Source: an uncultured bacterium
GTDB taxonomy: Bacteria > Macinerneyibacteriota > Macinerneyibacteria > Macinerneyibacteriales > DSCS01
NCBI GenBank assembly: GCA_964548195.1
Contig: CAZJQC010000001.1
Location: 1-64,000 of the forward strand
Direction: 5' to 3'
DNA length: 64,000 nucleotides
Shown piece after piece: positions 8,913 through 18,637 of the stretch. The position numbers and the translations under genes were made by a program. The notes under the pieces were generated by a model, which was not told where the DNA came from, ran no database searches, and saw only the letters and a program-made list of their open reading frames with translations. Each line of letters begins with the position of its first letter. Position 1 is the first letter of the stretch.

Positions 8913-10226
8913 CTAAGTGTCCGTCCCGTTATTGTCAAACACCGTCGAGCACATCAAAGCGACAGCGGTGATCATTGCATACTCTTCGGCGTCAAAACGC
9001 GGGGTATGAAGCCCGGCATTGTCCCCCGTTGAGACGCCCAGCCCCCAAAAAAGGGACTTCCCGCCTGAAGCCGCCACAGCCTTCATAAGTATCGAAAAAT
9101 CTTCCGATGCTCCGAAAGAGGCCTCTCTTTGTCCGACGACGGCAGGCCCTGTCTCAGCCAGCCGCCGGGCTGCAACCTCCATTTTGTCGATAAGGGAATC
9201 ATCATTGATGCATACGCCCGCCCTACCCGCTATCTCCACGCGGACGTCGCATCCATACATGGCCGCCGCGCCGCGGATAACGCTGAGCGCCCTGCCATAC
9301 ATATACTCGTTTAAATCATCCGTCTCTCCGCGCACTTCCATGCGGAGTATCGCTTCGTCCGGTATGATATTTCGGCTCTGCCCTGCTGCGAGCGTGCCCA
9401 CGTTCACCCTTGTCATCCCCCGGGAATGGCGGGGAATGGCATGCAGGGCGGTGACCGCCGAACATGCCGCAAGAAGCGCATTGGCTCCCTTTTCAGGGTC
9501 TTTGCCGGCATGAGCCGGCTCCCCGGTAAAGATCACATCAAATTTGGTGGTCGCGGAAAAGCCGCTTAATGACGGTATTATGGTATTTGCGGGAAGGTCC
9601 GGCAGCACATGGAATCCGTATAGTTCGTCTATGCCCTCAAGCACGCCGGCCTCAGCCATGGACACGGCCCCTCCGACGCCCTCCTCGGCGGGCTGGAATA
9701 TGAGTTTTACCGTGCCGGGTATATGTTCGCGCAGCTCCGACAACACATGCGCCAGCCCCGCGCCCGCGGCTGCATGAAAATCATGCCCGCATGCGTGCAT
9801 AATGCCGTCGTGAAGCGACATAAAATCCGACTCCGAGGGACGATGCCCTTGACCCCGGAACTCGGCTATAGCCAAAGCGTCCATATCAAAGCGAAACGCT
9901 CTCACGGGAGAGCCCTTGCCAAGCGTCGCCGCGACGCCGGTAAAGCCGCCTCTCATCATAGAGGCATATTCTTTGTCGGCGCCCTCATTCATGGCGCGTT
10001 CATAACAGCGTTCCAGCGCGTCCCGGCCTGGCAGTCCCGGCCTGGAGCTGCCTGTGACATCACGGCCCGCCGTGACTGAAAAACCCAGCCCCTTAAGCAT
10101 GCGCGCCATGCGCGAAGCCGTCCTGAACTCCGTCCATGAGGTTTCGGGGTGCCGGTGCAGATCCCTTCGTATATCCCTCATCACCCCGAGATATTTACGG
10201 GAAAGATCCCAGCTCTTCAGCATCAC
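8913..10226 (-). CDS. M20-family amidohydrolase (AbgA-like)
   Basis: RRDLHRHPE, RFDMDAL, MHACGHD, FQPAEEG, AHAG, SEDF, GLHTPRFD. Confidence 0.92.
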   Translation of the reverse strand: MMLKSWDLSRKYLGVMRDIRRDLHRHPETSWTEFRTASRMARMLKGLGFSVTAGRDVTGSSRPGLPGRDALERCYERAMNEGADKEYASMMRGGFTGVAATLGKGSPVRAFRFDMDALAIAEFRGQGHRPSESDFMSLHDGIMHACGHDFHAAAGAGLAHVLSELREHIPGTVKLIFQPAEEGVGGAVSMAEAGVLEGIDELYGFHVLPDLPANTIIPSLSGFSATTKFDVIFTGEPAHAGKDPEKGANALLAACSAVTALHAIPRHSRGMTRVNVGTLAAGQSRNIIPDEAILRMEVRGETDDLNEYMYGRALSVIRGAAAMYGCDVRVEIAGRAGVCINDDSLIDKMEVAARRLAETGPAVVGQREASFGASEDFSILMKAVAASGGKSLFWGLGVSTGDNAGLHTPRFDAEEYAMITAVALMCSTVFDNNGTDT

Positions 10227-11347
10227 TCATAACTCAACGGGTTTTTCACAAAGACAAGCGCCGACTTGATATTAAGCGTTTTTACAATCTCAGGCACATC
10301 CTTGTCCGAGGCCGCCACATCTATACCATCGAGCGTCCCGTTCATATCGATGATATTGAGGACTATCTTATTGTTGTCCATGCCCATCACGCCCGCCACA
10401 CCCTTTAAGAGGGGGATCTTGTCTATTGTTATTTCGCCCAGGAATTTGCCGCTTTCCTTGTCGAAAACGGAAAGAAACATGTTTTTGTCAATGGTCTCGA
10501 TCTTCAGGTTGGAGAGATTCGTGCCCTTGACCCTGTTGCCTCCTCCGAAACAGGCCACCACATATCTGGAATCGATATTCAATGTGGTGATCATCAGATT
10601 GCCTTCGGCTCTTCGCTGCGCGGTGAATATAAGCGGATCATATTTTTCATTCAGCTTTCTGGTATATGTCCTAAGCAGATTGAGATCGGCATCGTACTCC
10701 TCGATCCTGTACGGCTCATTATAATAGCCCACAAACAGATGCTTCGTGAGAGGGTCCGCCTTGATCGTGCCCCGAAGCATCTTTTTGCCGGCCAGAGCGG
10801 CAAGGTCGGTCTGGGGATCATCGTATTCGAGCTTTTTCAATACGCTGCCGTCCTTGAGGTCTATCTTTACCAGTTTGTTTTTGAACAGAGCGTGATAATA
10901 TACGAAGCCGTCCATGACATCCAACGTACCGAACATGCCGATGTCATCATTTATATTAAGCTCATCCAAAGAATCGCCGTTCATGTCGAATATTGCGATC
11001 TTCTGCAATTCCGCGTCGTATGTGTATATCTTGTCGTCATAGATGCGCATGGAGACCATGAATCGCAGCTCGCCCGGGCCTTTTCCCACGGGCAATATTA
11101 TGCGGTGCACCTCCTTGCCCTCATCATCAGCAAACCTGATATTTATCTCGGAGTTGGTCTCTTCCACGTAATAGATGCCGTCATTGTAAAGCCCGCTTGT
11201 CTCAGTGGGGTTGTTGAGCGTCATGTCGGGACACATCCTGGCAGAGATGACTTCGGCCGTGAATATTTTGCCCGCCCCCCTTGCGCAGCCGATCAGCAGT
11301 CCTGTCAACGCCAGCATCGCAATTATCAAAAGTCTCAATTTTCTCAT
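10223..11347 (-). CDS. Lipoprotein, putative 6-bladed beta-propeller (paralog B)
   Basis: Lipobox LIGC and GKGPGE. Collinear with 7785-8894 (shared GYYNEPYRIExYDADL, FGGG, SVFDK, VFVKNP). Confidence 0.75.
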   Translation of the reverse strand: MRKLRLLIIAMLALTGLLIGCARGAGKIFTAEVISARMCPDMTLNNPTETSGLYNDGIYYVEETNSEINIRFADDEGKEVHRIILPVGKGPGELRFMVSMRIYDDKIYTYDAELQKIAIFDMNGDSLDELNINDDIGMFGTLDVMDGFVYYHALFKNKLVKIDLKDGSVLKKLEYDDPQTDLAALAGKKMLRGTIKADPLTKHLFVGYYNEPYRIEEYDADLNLLRTYTRKLNEKYDPLIFTAQRRAEGNLMITTLNIDSRYVVACFGGGNRVKGTNLSNLKIETIDKNMFLSVFDKESGKFLGEITIDKIPLLKGVAGVMGMDNNKIVLNIIDMNGTLDGIDVAASDKDVPEIVKTLNIKSALVFVKNPLSYE

Positions 11348-11408
11348 TTTACTCTCCTTTTTTAGTATAATACGTAATATAAGTCCCGGCGTGACTTATT
11401 TCAAACAC

Positions 11409-12413
11409 TTATTTGCCAAGTATGTACTCTATTCCCTCGTCTATAAGGCGGGGCAAGTCCTCGGGATAAAGGTGAAACATCCCCTTTTTGATTATATATT
11501 CATGCTGCACACCGTATTTTGCAAACTCGGCGTGCATTGTTTCCTGCAGATCAAAATGATGGTCCTTTTCACCGGTGATTATGCGCCCGCGTATGGCTTC
11601 GGCGGCCATTGCGGAAAGTCCCGGCTCCTGAAAGTTGTCAGGAATCTGGGGCGCGAGGAATACAAATCCCGCCAGACCCGGGATGGAACCCTCCATTATC
11701 ATGTGAAGCGCCTGGGTGGCGCCCGCCGAAAAGCCGCCGGCCAGAACACGCGCCGCCTTAAAATCATATTCCTTCATCATGCGTCTGTAGGCCGCCGACA
11801 CCTCTTCCGCGCCTTTTTTCCGGTCATCCCAGGTAAAGGTGTTCATGCCCGCGTGCTGCGAAGTCTGCACATAAAGCGTGACAAAATCTCTTTTCATCAG
11901 CGGCGACGACCAATGCGGCTCGAACTCCGCGATCGTTGAGACGCCGCCGTGCAATGCGATAAAGACATTGTAGCTTTCACCTTTTTTAAAGCCCTCCGGC
12001 AGCGCCACCTTTGACTCCCACCGGCTGTCTTTGTCAGCGGATTGCTTCATCGCCCTGTTCTTTTCATATACCGCTTCAAAACCCGGTTTCCCGGCATATC
12101 GGGCAAGCCAGGCGGCTTTTTCGTAGGTGTATACCCAGATCCCGTCGCCGAGCGCCTTTTCCCAAAACTGCAGCCCGTCATCCTGCCTCTCAAGGTGTCC
12201 GTATAATATCAGCAGGTTAAGCGTTATGTTCTCTCTATATTTCGGAAAGGCGTCATACGCGTCCAGGAAGACGGGTTCGGCCTCTTCATAACGCGCCTCT
12301 TCGTAGAGTCTGCCCACGGCGTCTTTGACTTCCTGATAGGAAGCAAAACCGTTTTTGGCAAAAATCATCGCGGCGGCCAAAGCCATAAACAAGAAAAGAA
12401 ATACCCATTTCAT
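11409..12413 (-). CDS. Exported TPR + alpha/beta-hydrolase (esterase-like) protein
   Basis: Signal peptide, helical N-terminal half, ALHGG, GFSAG nucleophile elbow, GEKD and GMFH triad candidates. Confidence 0.8.
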   Translation of the reverse strand: MKWVFLFLFMALAAAMIFAKNGFASYQEVKDAVGRLYEEARYEEAEPVFLDAYDAFPKYRENITLNLLILYGHLERQDDGLQFWEKALGDGIWVYTYEKAAWLARYAGKPGFEAVYEKNRAMKQSADKDSRWESKVALPEGFKKGESYNVFIALHGGVSTIAEFEPHWSSPLMKRDFVTLYVQTSQHAGMNTFTWDDRKKGAEEVSAAYRRMMKEYDFKAARVLAGGFSAGATQALHMIMEGSIPGLAGFVFLAPQIPDNFQEPGLSAMAAEAIRGRIITGEKDHHFDLQETMHAEFAKYGVQHEYIIKKGMFHLYPEDLPRLIDEGIEYILGK

Positions 12414-12530
12414 ATATACCTCCTTACAGAGACAGTATTGTCCATAGTCCCATTCCGTTCCATGATACTTCAGTACCAGATATCACAGTTATCGCAAGCG
12501 GCTCTCAAAAAGCACGCGGCGCCTCTCTTT

Positions 12531-12559
12531 TTGACCGGCTGTAAGGCTTTAAAGTTTCA
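12531..12559 (-). promoter_or_regulatory. Putative ECF-sigma promoter
   Basis: TGAAAC-N17-GGTCAA about 120 bp upstream of the 12413 start. Confidence 0.55.
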
Positions 12560-12566
12560 ACAAAAC

Positions 12567-13292
12567 CTAAAAAACATTAAGTCTTCTGCTGATATTTTCC
12601 ATGCCGGCTTCGGAAATGCTGATGGACTTGTTTTCATCCCGCAGATTGACCTGATAGGAATCCCTGCTGTTTCTGACGATGTTTGAAACGGCCTTTAGAG
12701 ATAAAATGAAATTTTTCTTTATTTCTATGAATCCGTCCAGCGTCAGGAGTTCTTTCACCGCCCCGGCTCTTACGGCGCAGCGGTAACAATCGTGTCCGGT
12801 ATGCACATCGGCCCGGCTGCCGCAGATGGTGACATATGATATTTTATCCATATCGACAGGATAGAAGACATTGCCCTTTCTGCACATGATCTTTTTAAGG
12901 CTCAGGTTTATGCTGCCGTATATCACATTCACGGCCTCGGCATATGTCCTCAGCAGGGCAAGGGCCAGCCTGTTCTTTTCCACGGGCTTGAGCAGATAAT
13001 CGGAAGCTCCCGCGCGGTATGCGTCGGCTGCGAGCTCCTCTTTTCCCGAGACAAAGATAATAGAAGGGCTGTAATTGATTTTTTTAACCATGTCAAAACC
13101 GGACTTCAAGCCAAAACAGGTGTCAAGTATGACTATTTCCGGCCGGACCCTGTTGATCCTTTTAAGAGCCTGGCTGTCATTAAAAAAACAGCCGGCGCAT
13201 TCAAAGATGCGCAGCCCGGAAAGTTCCCGTTCGATAAATTCGGCGGTGCCCGTGTCACACACGCAGATCAATATCGAGACTCGCACGAACAC
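12567..13292 (-). CDS. Atypical LytTR-family response regulator
   Basis: Receiver-like ILDTCF, IIFVSG, DYLLKPV but lacking the N-terminal acidic pair. Divergent LytTR-like C-terminus. GTG start at 13292 or 13286. Confidence 0.75.
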   Translation of the reverse strand: MFVRVSILICVCDTGTAEFIERELSGLRIFECAGCFFNDSQALKRINRVRPEIVILDTCFGLKSGFDMVKKINYSPSIIFVSGKEELAADAYRAGASDYLLKPVEKNRLALALLRTYAEAVNVIYGSINLSLKKIMCRKGNVFYPVDMDKISYVTICGSRADVHTGHDCYRCAVRAGAVKELLTLDGFIEIKKNFILSLKAVSNIVRNSRDSYQVNLRDENKSISISEAGMENISRRLNVF

Positions 13293-13332
13293 ACTCCGTG
13301 AAAAGATACTGGTGATGCCGCAGATGAAACGG

Positions 13333-13355
13333 AAAAGGGGGCGCCGAGCGCCCCC
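13333..13355 (-). terminator. Intrinsic terminator after the 13365-13592 gene
   Basis: GGGGGCGC-N3-GCGCCCCC followed by TTTT on the minus strand. Confidence 0.7.
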
Positions 13356-13364
13356 GTCCCGTTG

Positions 13365-13592
13365 TCAGGCTGAAATGGACGAGAAGATTCCCGCCATAGC
13401 CGTACTGAATACAATACCGAGTACAAAGCCGACCGCCATCATGATCAGTGTCGCTTTAGCCCAGTTTGACTTGCTGATTTTTGTGTTGCTCCCGAAAGCC
13501 CAGATAAAAAGCAGGACTATGTTCACAAAAGGCACGATCATCAGCAGCATTGTAACAATCCATTCCCCTAACGTAACATGTTCATTATCCAT
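13365..13592 (-). CDS. Small two-TM membrane protein, conserved-hypothetical type
   Basis: 75 aa, GEW...IVPFVNIVLLFIWAFG...SKSNWAKA. GGGAGG RBS. Confidence 0.85.
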   Translation of the reverse strand: MDNEHVTLGEWIVTMLLMIVPFVNIVLLFIWAFGSNTKISKSNWAKATLIMMAVGFVLGIVFSTAMAGIFSSISA

Positions 13593-13666
13593 TCAAACCT
13601 CCCTTTAATAGTTTATAATACACGATTTTGCTTTTTTTAACAATGCCCGGAGAAAAAAAGTGTTAT

Positions 13667-13762
13667 TTACCTTTTCCCCTTTTTTCCATGGGTATTGGCA
13701 AAATATTCGGCCAGGAACATGGCTGTCAAAAAGAGAGCCGTTCCGATCAAGATATCCGTCAT
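13667..13762 (-). CDS. Unannotated 31-aa single-TM small protein
   Basis: MTDILIGTALFLTAMFLAEYFANTHGKKGKR*. SD AAGGGGTG upstream. Below the ORF-track length cutoff. Confidence 0.6.
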   Translation of the reverse strand: MTDILIGTALFLTAMFLAEYFANTHGKKGKR

Positions 13763-13829
13763 ATCACACCCCTTTTAAGAGAGCATGGCAGAGTACTGTT
13801 AAGAAAGTGTTTGAATAAAGTTTATTTTT

Positions 13830-13857
13830 TCACGGGGCGGCCGCGGCCGCCCCGTGA
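13830..13857. terminator. Perfect 28-bp palindrome after ppdK
   Basis: TCACGGGGCGGCCGCGGCCGCCCCGTGA. No U-tract on the ppdK strand. Confidence 0.55.
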
Positions 13858-13862
13858 TAGGG

Positions 13863-16517
13863 TCACATTGCCTTTATGGCCGCGTGTGCCGCGGCAAGTC
13901 TTGCTATGGGCACCCTGTAAGGCGAACAGGATACATAGTTCATGCCGATATTGTGGCAGAATTCCACGGAAGAAGGTTCCCCGCCGTGTTCGCCGCATAT
14001 ACCCACCTTGAGGTCTTTTCTTACCGAACGCCCTCTTTCTATGCCCATGCGCACCAGCTGCCCGACGCCTTCCTGGTCGAGTACCTGAAAGGGGTCACGC
14101 GGCAGTATCTTTTTATCCACGTATTCCTTCAGGAACGTACCCGCGTCATCCCTGGAATAACCGAACGTCATCTGTGTCAGGTCGTTTGTCCCGAAGGAGA
14201 AGAACTGCGCCTGATCCGCGACCCTGTCCGCGATCAAAGCGGCGCGGGGTATCTCTATCATGGTGCCGGTCATATAATCGACAGTCACACCGGTTTCCTT
14301 AAACACTTCCGCGGCGACTGTGTCTATCATATCCTTCATCATCGTGAACTCTTTTTCGGTCCCTATCAGAGGTATCATGATCTCCGGGCGCACATCGATC
14401 CCCCTCTTTTTGACGTTGCAGGCGGCCTTCAATACGGCCCTTGCCTGCATCTCATATATTTCGGGGTATGTTATTCCGAGCCTCACGCCGCGATGCCCCA
14501 GCATGGGGTTAAACTCGGCAAGCTGTTCGACCTTTTCCCTGATCTTTTCTATTTTCAACCCCATTTCACGGGCCATCTCGGCCTGCTGCGCCTCCTGATG
14601 GGGGACAAACTCATGCAGGGGGGGATCAAGGAAACGGACTGTGACGGGCAATCCGTCCATCACTTCAAATATTCCCTCGAAATCGCTTTGCTGCATGGGC
14701 TCGATCTTGGACAATGCTTTTCTCCGTCCCGTCTCGTCATCGGACAGTATCATCTCGCGCACCGCCTTGATCCTGTCGCCTTCGAAGAACATATGTTCCG
14801 TGCGGCACAGTCCGATGCCTTCGGCGCCGAACCCGCGGGCGACCTCCGCGTCATGCGGGGTATCAGCGTTCGTACGCACTCCGATCGTCCTGAACTCATC
14901 CGCCCATTCCATAAGCCTTCCGAAATCTCCCGCCAGTCCGGGTTCCACGGTGGGTACTTTCCCCGCCATCACTTCGCCCTTGGAGCCGTCAAGTGTTATC
15001 CAGTCGCCCTCTTTTACGGTGGTCCCGTTTACCTCAAAGCTTTTTTTGGCGTAGCTTAGCGATATGGATTCCGCGCCGGACACGCAGCATTTTCCCATGC
15101 CTCGCGCCACTACGGCCGCGTGGGAGGTCATGCCGCCTCTTACGGTAAGTATGCCCTTGGCGGCGGCCATGCCTTTGATATCCTCGGGTGATGTCTCCAG
15201 CCTTACAAGTATTACGGATTCGCCCTTTTCGGCTTCTTCGAAAGCGTGTTCCGCGTCAAAAACGACTTTCCCCACAGCCGCTCCGGGGGAAGCAGGCAAT
15301 CCCCTTGCTATGACCTTTTTCTCGGCATGGGGATCGATCATGGGGTGCAGCAACTGGTCGAGCTGTTCGGGAAGGACGCGCATAACAGCTTCCTTCTTGT
15401 CGATAAGTCCCTCGTCGACCATCTCAACCGCGATCCTTACCGCGGCCTGAGCCGTTCTTTTGCCTGTCCTGGTCTGCAGCATGAAGAGCACGCCTTTTTG
15501 TATTGTAAATTCGAGGTCCTGCATATCCCTGTAATGTTTTTCCAGTTTCTGATATATCTCCACAAGCTGGCCGTACGCTTTGGGCATTGCCGCCTCAAGC
15601 GAGATCTCATTGCTGTTTTTCTTCTGCGACTCATTGATGGGCTGCGGCGTCCTGATGCCGGCGACCACATCTTCGCCCTGAGCGTTGATAAGGTATTCGC
15701 CGAAGAACACACCTTCGCCGGTAGCGGGGTCCCTGGTGAAACAAACGCCTGTCGCGGAATCGTCGCCCATGTTTCCGAACACCATGGTCTGCACATTCAC
15801 CGCCGTACCCCAGTTGTCGGGTATATTGTTGAGTTTGCGATAATGTATGGCTCTTTTGTTATGCCATGAACTGAACACGGCTTCTATGGCCGCCCACAGC
15901 TGCTCCATGGGATCCTGCGGGAAATCTTCGCCTTTTGCATCCTTATATATCGCCTTGAACTCTTCGACCAGTGCCATGAGGTCGTCGACGCTGAGTTCCG
16001 TGTCGATCTTTACTCCTTTTTTATCCTTCATGGCATCGAGGGCTCTTTCGAAAAGATCGCCGTCCACACCCATAGCCACATCGGAAAACATCTGTATGAA
16101 CCTTCTGTATGAATCATAGGCAAGCCTGGGGTTGTTGGTGACTTCAGCCATGCCTTTGACGGCGACGTCATTAAGCCCGAGATTTAGTATGGTGTCCATC
16201 ATGCCGGGCATGGAGACCCTTGCTCCGCTGCGCACGGAAACCAGAAGCGGGTTTTCATTGTCCCCGAATTTCAGCCCCATGGCGGATTCCAGCTTTTTCA
16301 AGTTTGAAAGGACTTCTTTCTTCAGATCGTCCCAAAGGACGGCGCCCTGTTCATAGTACTCCACGCATGTCTCCGTGGTGATTGTAAAGCCGGGAGGCAC
16401 AGGCACGCCTATGTTGGCCATCTCAGCCAGGTTCGCCCCTTTGCCGCCCAAAAGGTTTTTCAACTCGGTCTTCCCTTCAGTCTGACCGGCTCCAAAAAAG
16501 TATACTCTTTTTGACAT
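13863..16517 (-). CDS. ppdK: Pyruvate, phosphate dikinase
   Basis: LLGGKGANLAEM, SVRSGARVSMPGMMDT, GGMTSHAAVVARG, FSFGTNDLTQ, CGEHGG. Confidence 0.99.
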   Translation of the reverse strand: MSKRVYFFGAGQTEGKTELKNLLGGKGANLAEMANIGVPVPPGFTITTETCVEYYEQGAVLWDDLKKEVLSNLKKLESAMGLKFGDNENPLLVSVRSGARVSMPGMMDTILNLGLNDVAVKGMAEVTNNPRLAYDSYRRFIQMFSDVAMGVDGDLFERALDAMKDKKGVKIDTELSVDDLMALVEEFKAIYKDAKGEDFPQDPMEQLWAAIEAVFSSWHNKRAIHYRKLNNIPDNWGTAVNVQTMVFGNMGDDSATGVCFTRDPATGEGVFFGEYLINAQGEDVVAGIRTPQPINESQKKNSNEISLEAAMPKAYGQLVEIYQKLEKHYRDMQDLEFTIQKGVLFMLQTRTGKRTAQAAVRIAVEMVDEGLIDKKEAVMRVLPEQLDQLLHPMIDPHAEKKVIARGLPASPGAAVGKVVFDAEHAFEEAEKGESVILVRLETSPEDIKGMAAAKGILTVRGGMTSHAAVVARGMGKCCVSGAESISLSYAKKSFEVNGTTVKEGDWITLDGSKGEVMAGKVPTVEPGLAGDFGRLMEWADEFRTIGVRTNADTPHDAEVARGFGAEGIGLCRTEHMFFEGDRIKAVREMILSDDETGRRKALSKIEPMQQSDFEGIFEVMDGLPVTVRFLDPPLHEFVPHQEAQQAEMAREMGLKIEKIREKVEQLAEFNPMLGHRGVRLGITYPEIYEMQARAVLKAACNVKKRGIDVRPEIMIPLIGTEKEFTMMKDMIDTVAAEVFKETGVTVDYMTGTMIEIPRAALIADRVADQAQFFSFGTNDLTQMTFGYSRDDAGTFLKEYVDKKILPRDPFQVLDQEGVGQLVRMGIERGRSVRKDLKVGICGEHGGEPSSVEFCHNIGMNYVSCSPYRVPIARLAAAHAAIKAM

Positions 16518-16534
16518 ATCATTCCTCCTTGTGT

Positions 16535-18637
16535 TTATCCGACTACGATGTGATCGAAGTTTACCAGCCTGCCGAATCTTCCTGATATTTCATTCAGCAG
16601 CGCAAGCCTGTTATCTCTCAAACCGGGATCTTTATCCATAACCATCACCGCATCAAAGAAACGGTCCACATATGATTTGAATTCAAGTATCGTATCGAAC
16701 ACCTTCTCATAATCATTACCCGCGTCATCTATAGCAGAAGCGGTGCTTAGCCACGCTTCATGCATATCGCGGGTCTCCGACTCCGTGAACTTTGACTCAT
16801 CTGTTTTGAGCCTGTCCGGGTCGACAGATTCCCGCGCTTTTTTAACTATATTATTGACCCTGCGGAATGTCGAGGCCACTTCCCTGAACTCCGCTTTTTC
16901 CGACAATTTCCTGAACGCCAGAGCTTTTTCATACCGTACCCTCATGTCTTTTTCAGGGGTGTCGCATACGGCGTCCACTATGTCATAGGGCATATCCAGA
17001 GTCTTCAGCTGCATCCTGACCCTGTCATCAAAAAAAGCGTTTATCTGCGACAGCAGTTCCGGCGTTTTTTCGGTGGCCAGCACTTCCCCGGGATACAGGT
17101 TCGCGCATGTCTCAAAAAGTCCCTCCACGGATTTGACGTCAAGCCCCTTCGAAAAATCGACCGTCCCGTTCTCATATCCGAGTATCATGGCTATGATGCT
17201 GTTTGCCTGGCGTCTCAACGCATAGGGGTCCTTGGTGCCACTGGGGATAAACCCTTTTATAAAGGCACCCGTTATATTATCTATCTTGTCCGCGATGCTC
17301 ACGACAGCTCCTCTGGCATCCGGCAGTATGTCTCCCCAGACCTTGGGCCAGTAATGCTGCTCCACGGCATCGGCGACGGACTTATCCGCCCCGTGTTTCA
17401 ACAGATAATATCTGGCTATGGTTCCCTGCAGTTTTGTGAACTCTTTTCCGTCCTTTATCATCTCCGACGGTATGTCGATCTTTGCATACCTCGCCGCTTC
17501 CAAAACCACGGGATCGTCTTTTGATATGACAGACGCGATCTGCCTTACGCGTTCTGTCTTCAGCCTGAGAGAACCCAGCCCGTCCATCCAGGTGATGGAG
17601 CCAAGCATATCATACAGTTCGTCCGGCGTCTTTGACGTATCGGCGTCCCAATAGAACATGGCGTCGTCCAGCCTTGCCCGGAGCACCATCTCGTTCCCGT
17701 ATATTATAGAAGAAGGATCCTCATACATCCCGTTTGCGACAAACACAAAGACGGGCATGATCTCTCCGTCCTTATAGAGGCTGAAATACCTCTGATGCTG
17801 GCTCATCGCCGCCGATATCACACACGAAGGCAATGCAAGGTATTTCTCATCGAACACGCCTTTTAACACGGACGGATATTCAACGAGATTGGCCACCTCA
17901 TCGATCAGCTCGGCGGAATAAAAGGAGTCGGCCCCTGTTTCCGCCATGGCGTCTTTCAGTCCCTTTTCTATCATGGCCTTGCGTTCATCCCGCGAGGCCA
18001 CGATGCCGTTGTCCTTAAGTTTTTTAAAATAATCCGCGGCATCGGCCACATCCCCGGAAGTCGTCCCGCTGTTCCTTAAAAACCGCGTAGTCCTGCCCGC
18101 CCTGACGCCGGCCGCTTCAAGCGGCACGATCTTATCGCCGTAAAGCGCCGTTATCCACCTTATGGGCCTGGCGAAAGAGAGTCCGCTGCCGTCCCAGCGC
18201 ATGCGTTTGGGAAAATCTATCGACGAAAGTATGTTTTTGAACTCACCCGTTATCAGGTCTACGGTCACCCGTCCTTTTACATGCACATCCGCCGCGAGAT
18301 ATTCTCCGCGTTCGTTCTTTTCCCATCTGACATCGGACGGAGACAAGCCGTATTTTTCGATGAACTTGTCATATGCCTTTGTAGTGGCTCCGTCTTTTTC
18401 ACAAACGGCTCTCGGCGGCCCGGTGAGGGCCTCGATCCGGTCTTTTTCGCACTCGGCCAGGCCGGACACATGGACGACAAGTCTTCTGGGAGAGACAAAC
18501 GCCCGTATGTCTCCATGAAGTATGTTGTTTTCATCAAGCAGGGACATTATCTTCCCCCTGAATGAATCGGCTCCCTTATCCATATAGGACGCCGGCAGCT
18601 CCTCCACGCCGATCTCAAGCAGCAGGTCCTTATTCAT
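16535..18637 (-). CDS. glyS: Glycine-tRNA ligase beta subunit
   Basis: [52 protein letters not shown]. Confidence 0.97.
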   Translation of the reverse strand: MNKDLLLEIGVEELPASYMDKGADSFRGKIMSLLDENNILHGDIRAFVSPRRLVVHVSGLAECEKDRIEALTGPPRAVCEKDGATTKAYDKFIEKYGLSPSDVRWEKNERGEYLAADVHVKGRVTVDLITGEFKNILSSIDFPKRMRWDGSGLSFARPIRWITALYGDKIVPLEAAGVRAGRTTRFLRNSGTTSGDVADAADYFKKLKDNGIVASRDERKAMIEKGLKDAMAETGADSFYSAELIDEVANLVEYPSVLKGVFDEKYLALPSCVISAAMSQHQRYFSLYKDGEIMPVFVFVANGMYEDPSSIIYGNEMVLRARLDDAMFYWDADTSKTPDELYDMLGSITWMDGLGSLRLKTERVRQIASVISKDDPVVLEAARYAKIDIPSEMIKDGKEFTKLQGTIARYYLLKHGADKSVADAVEQHYWPKVWGDILPDARGAVVSIADKIDNITGAFIKGFIPSGTKDPYALRRQANSIIAMILGYENGTVDFSKGLDVKSVEGLFETCANLYPGEVLATEKTPELLSQINAFFDDRVRMQLKTLDMPYDIVDAVCDTPEKDMRVRYEKALAFRKLSEKAEFREVASTFRRVNNIVKKARESVDPDRLKTDESKFTESETRDMHEAWLSTASAIDDAGNDYEKVFDTILEFKSYVDRFFDAVMVMDKDPGLRDNRLALLNEISGRFGRLVNFDHIVVG

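Noticed and set aside
13854..15869. 401-aa and other antisense ORFs over ppdK (similar ones over ffh, purL, amidase and ccdA)
   Set aside because: Expected from codon bias of well-conserved genes on the other strand. No recognisable domains.
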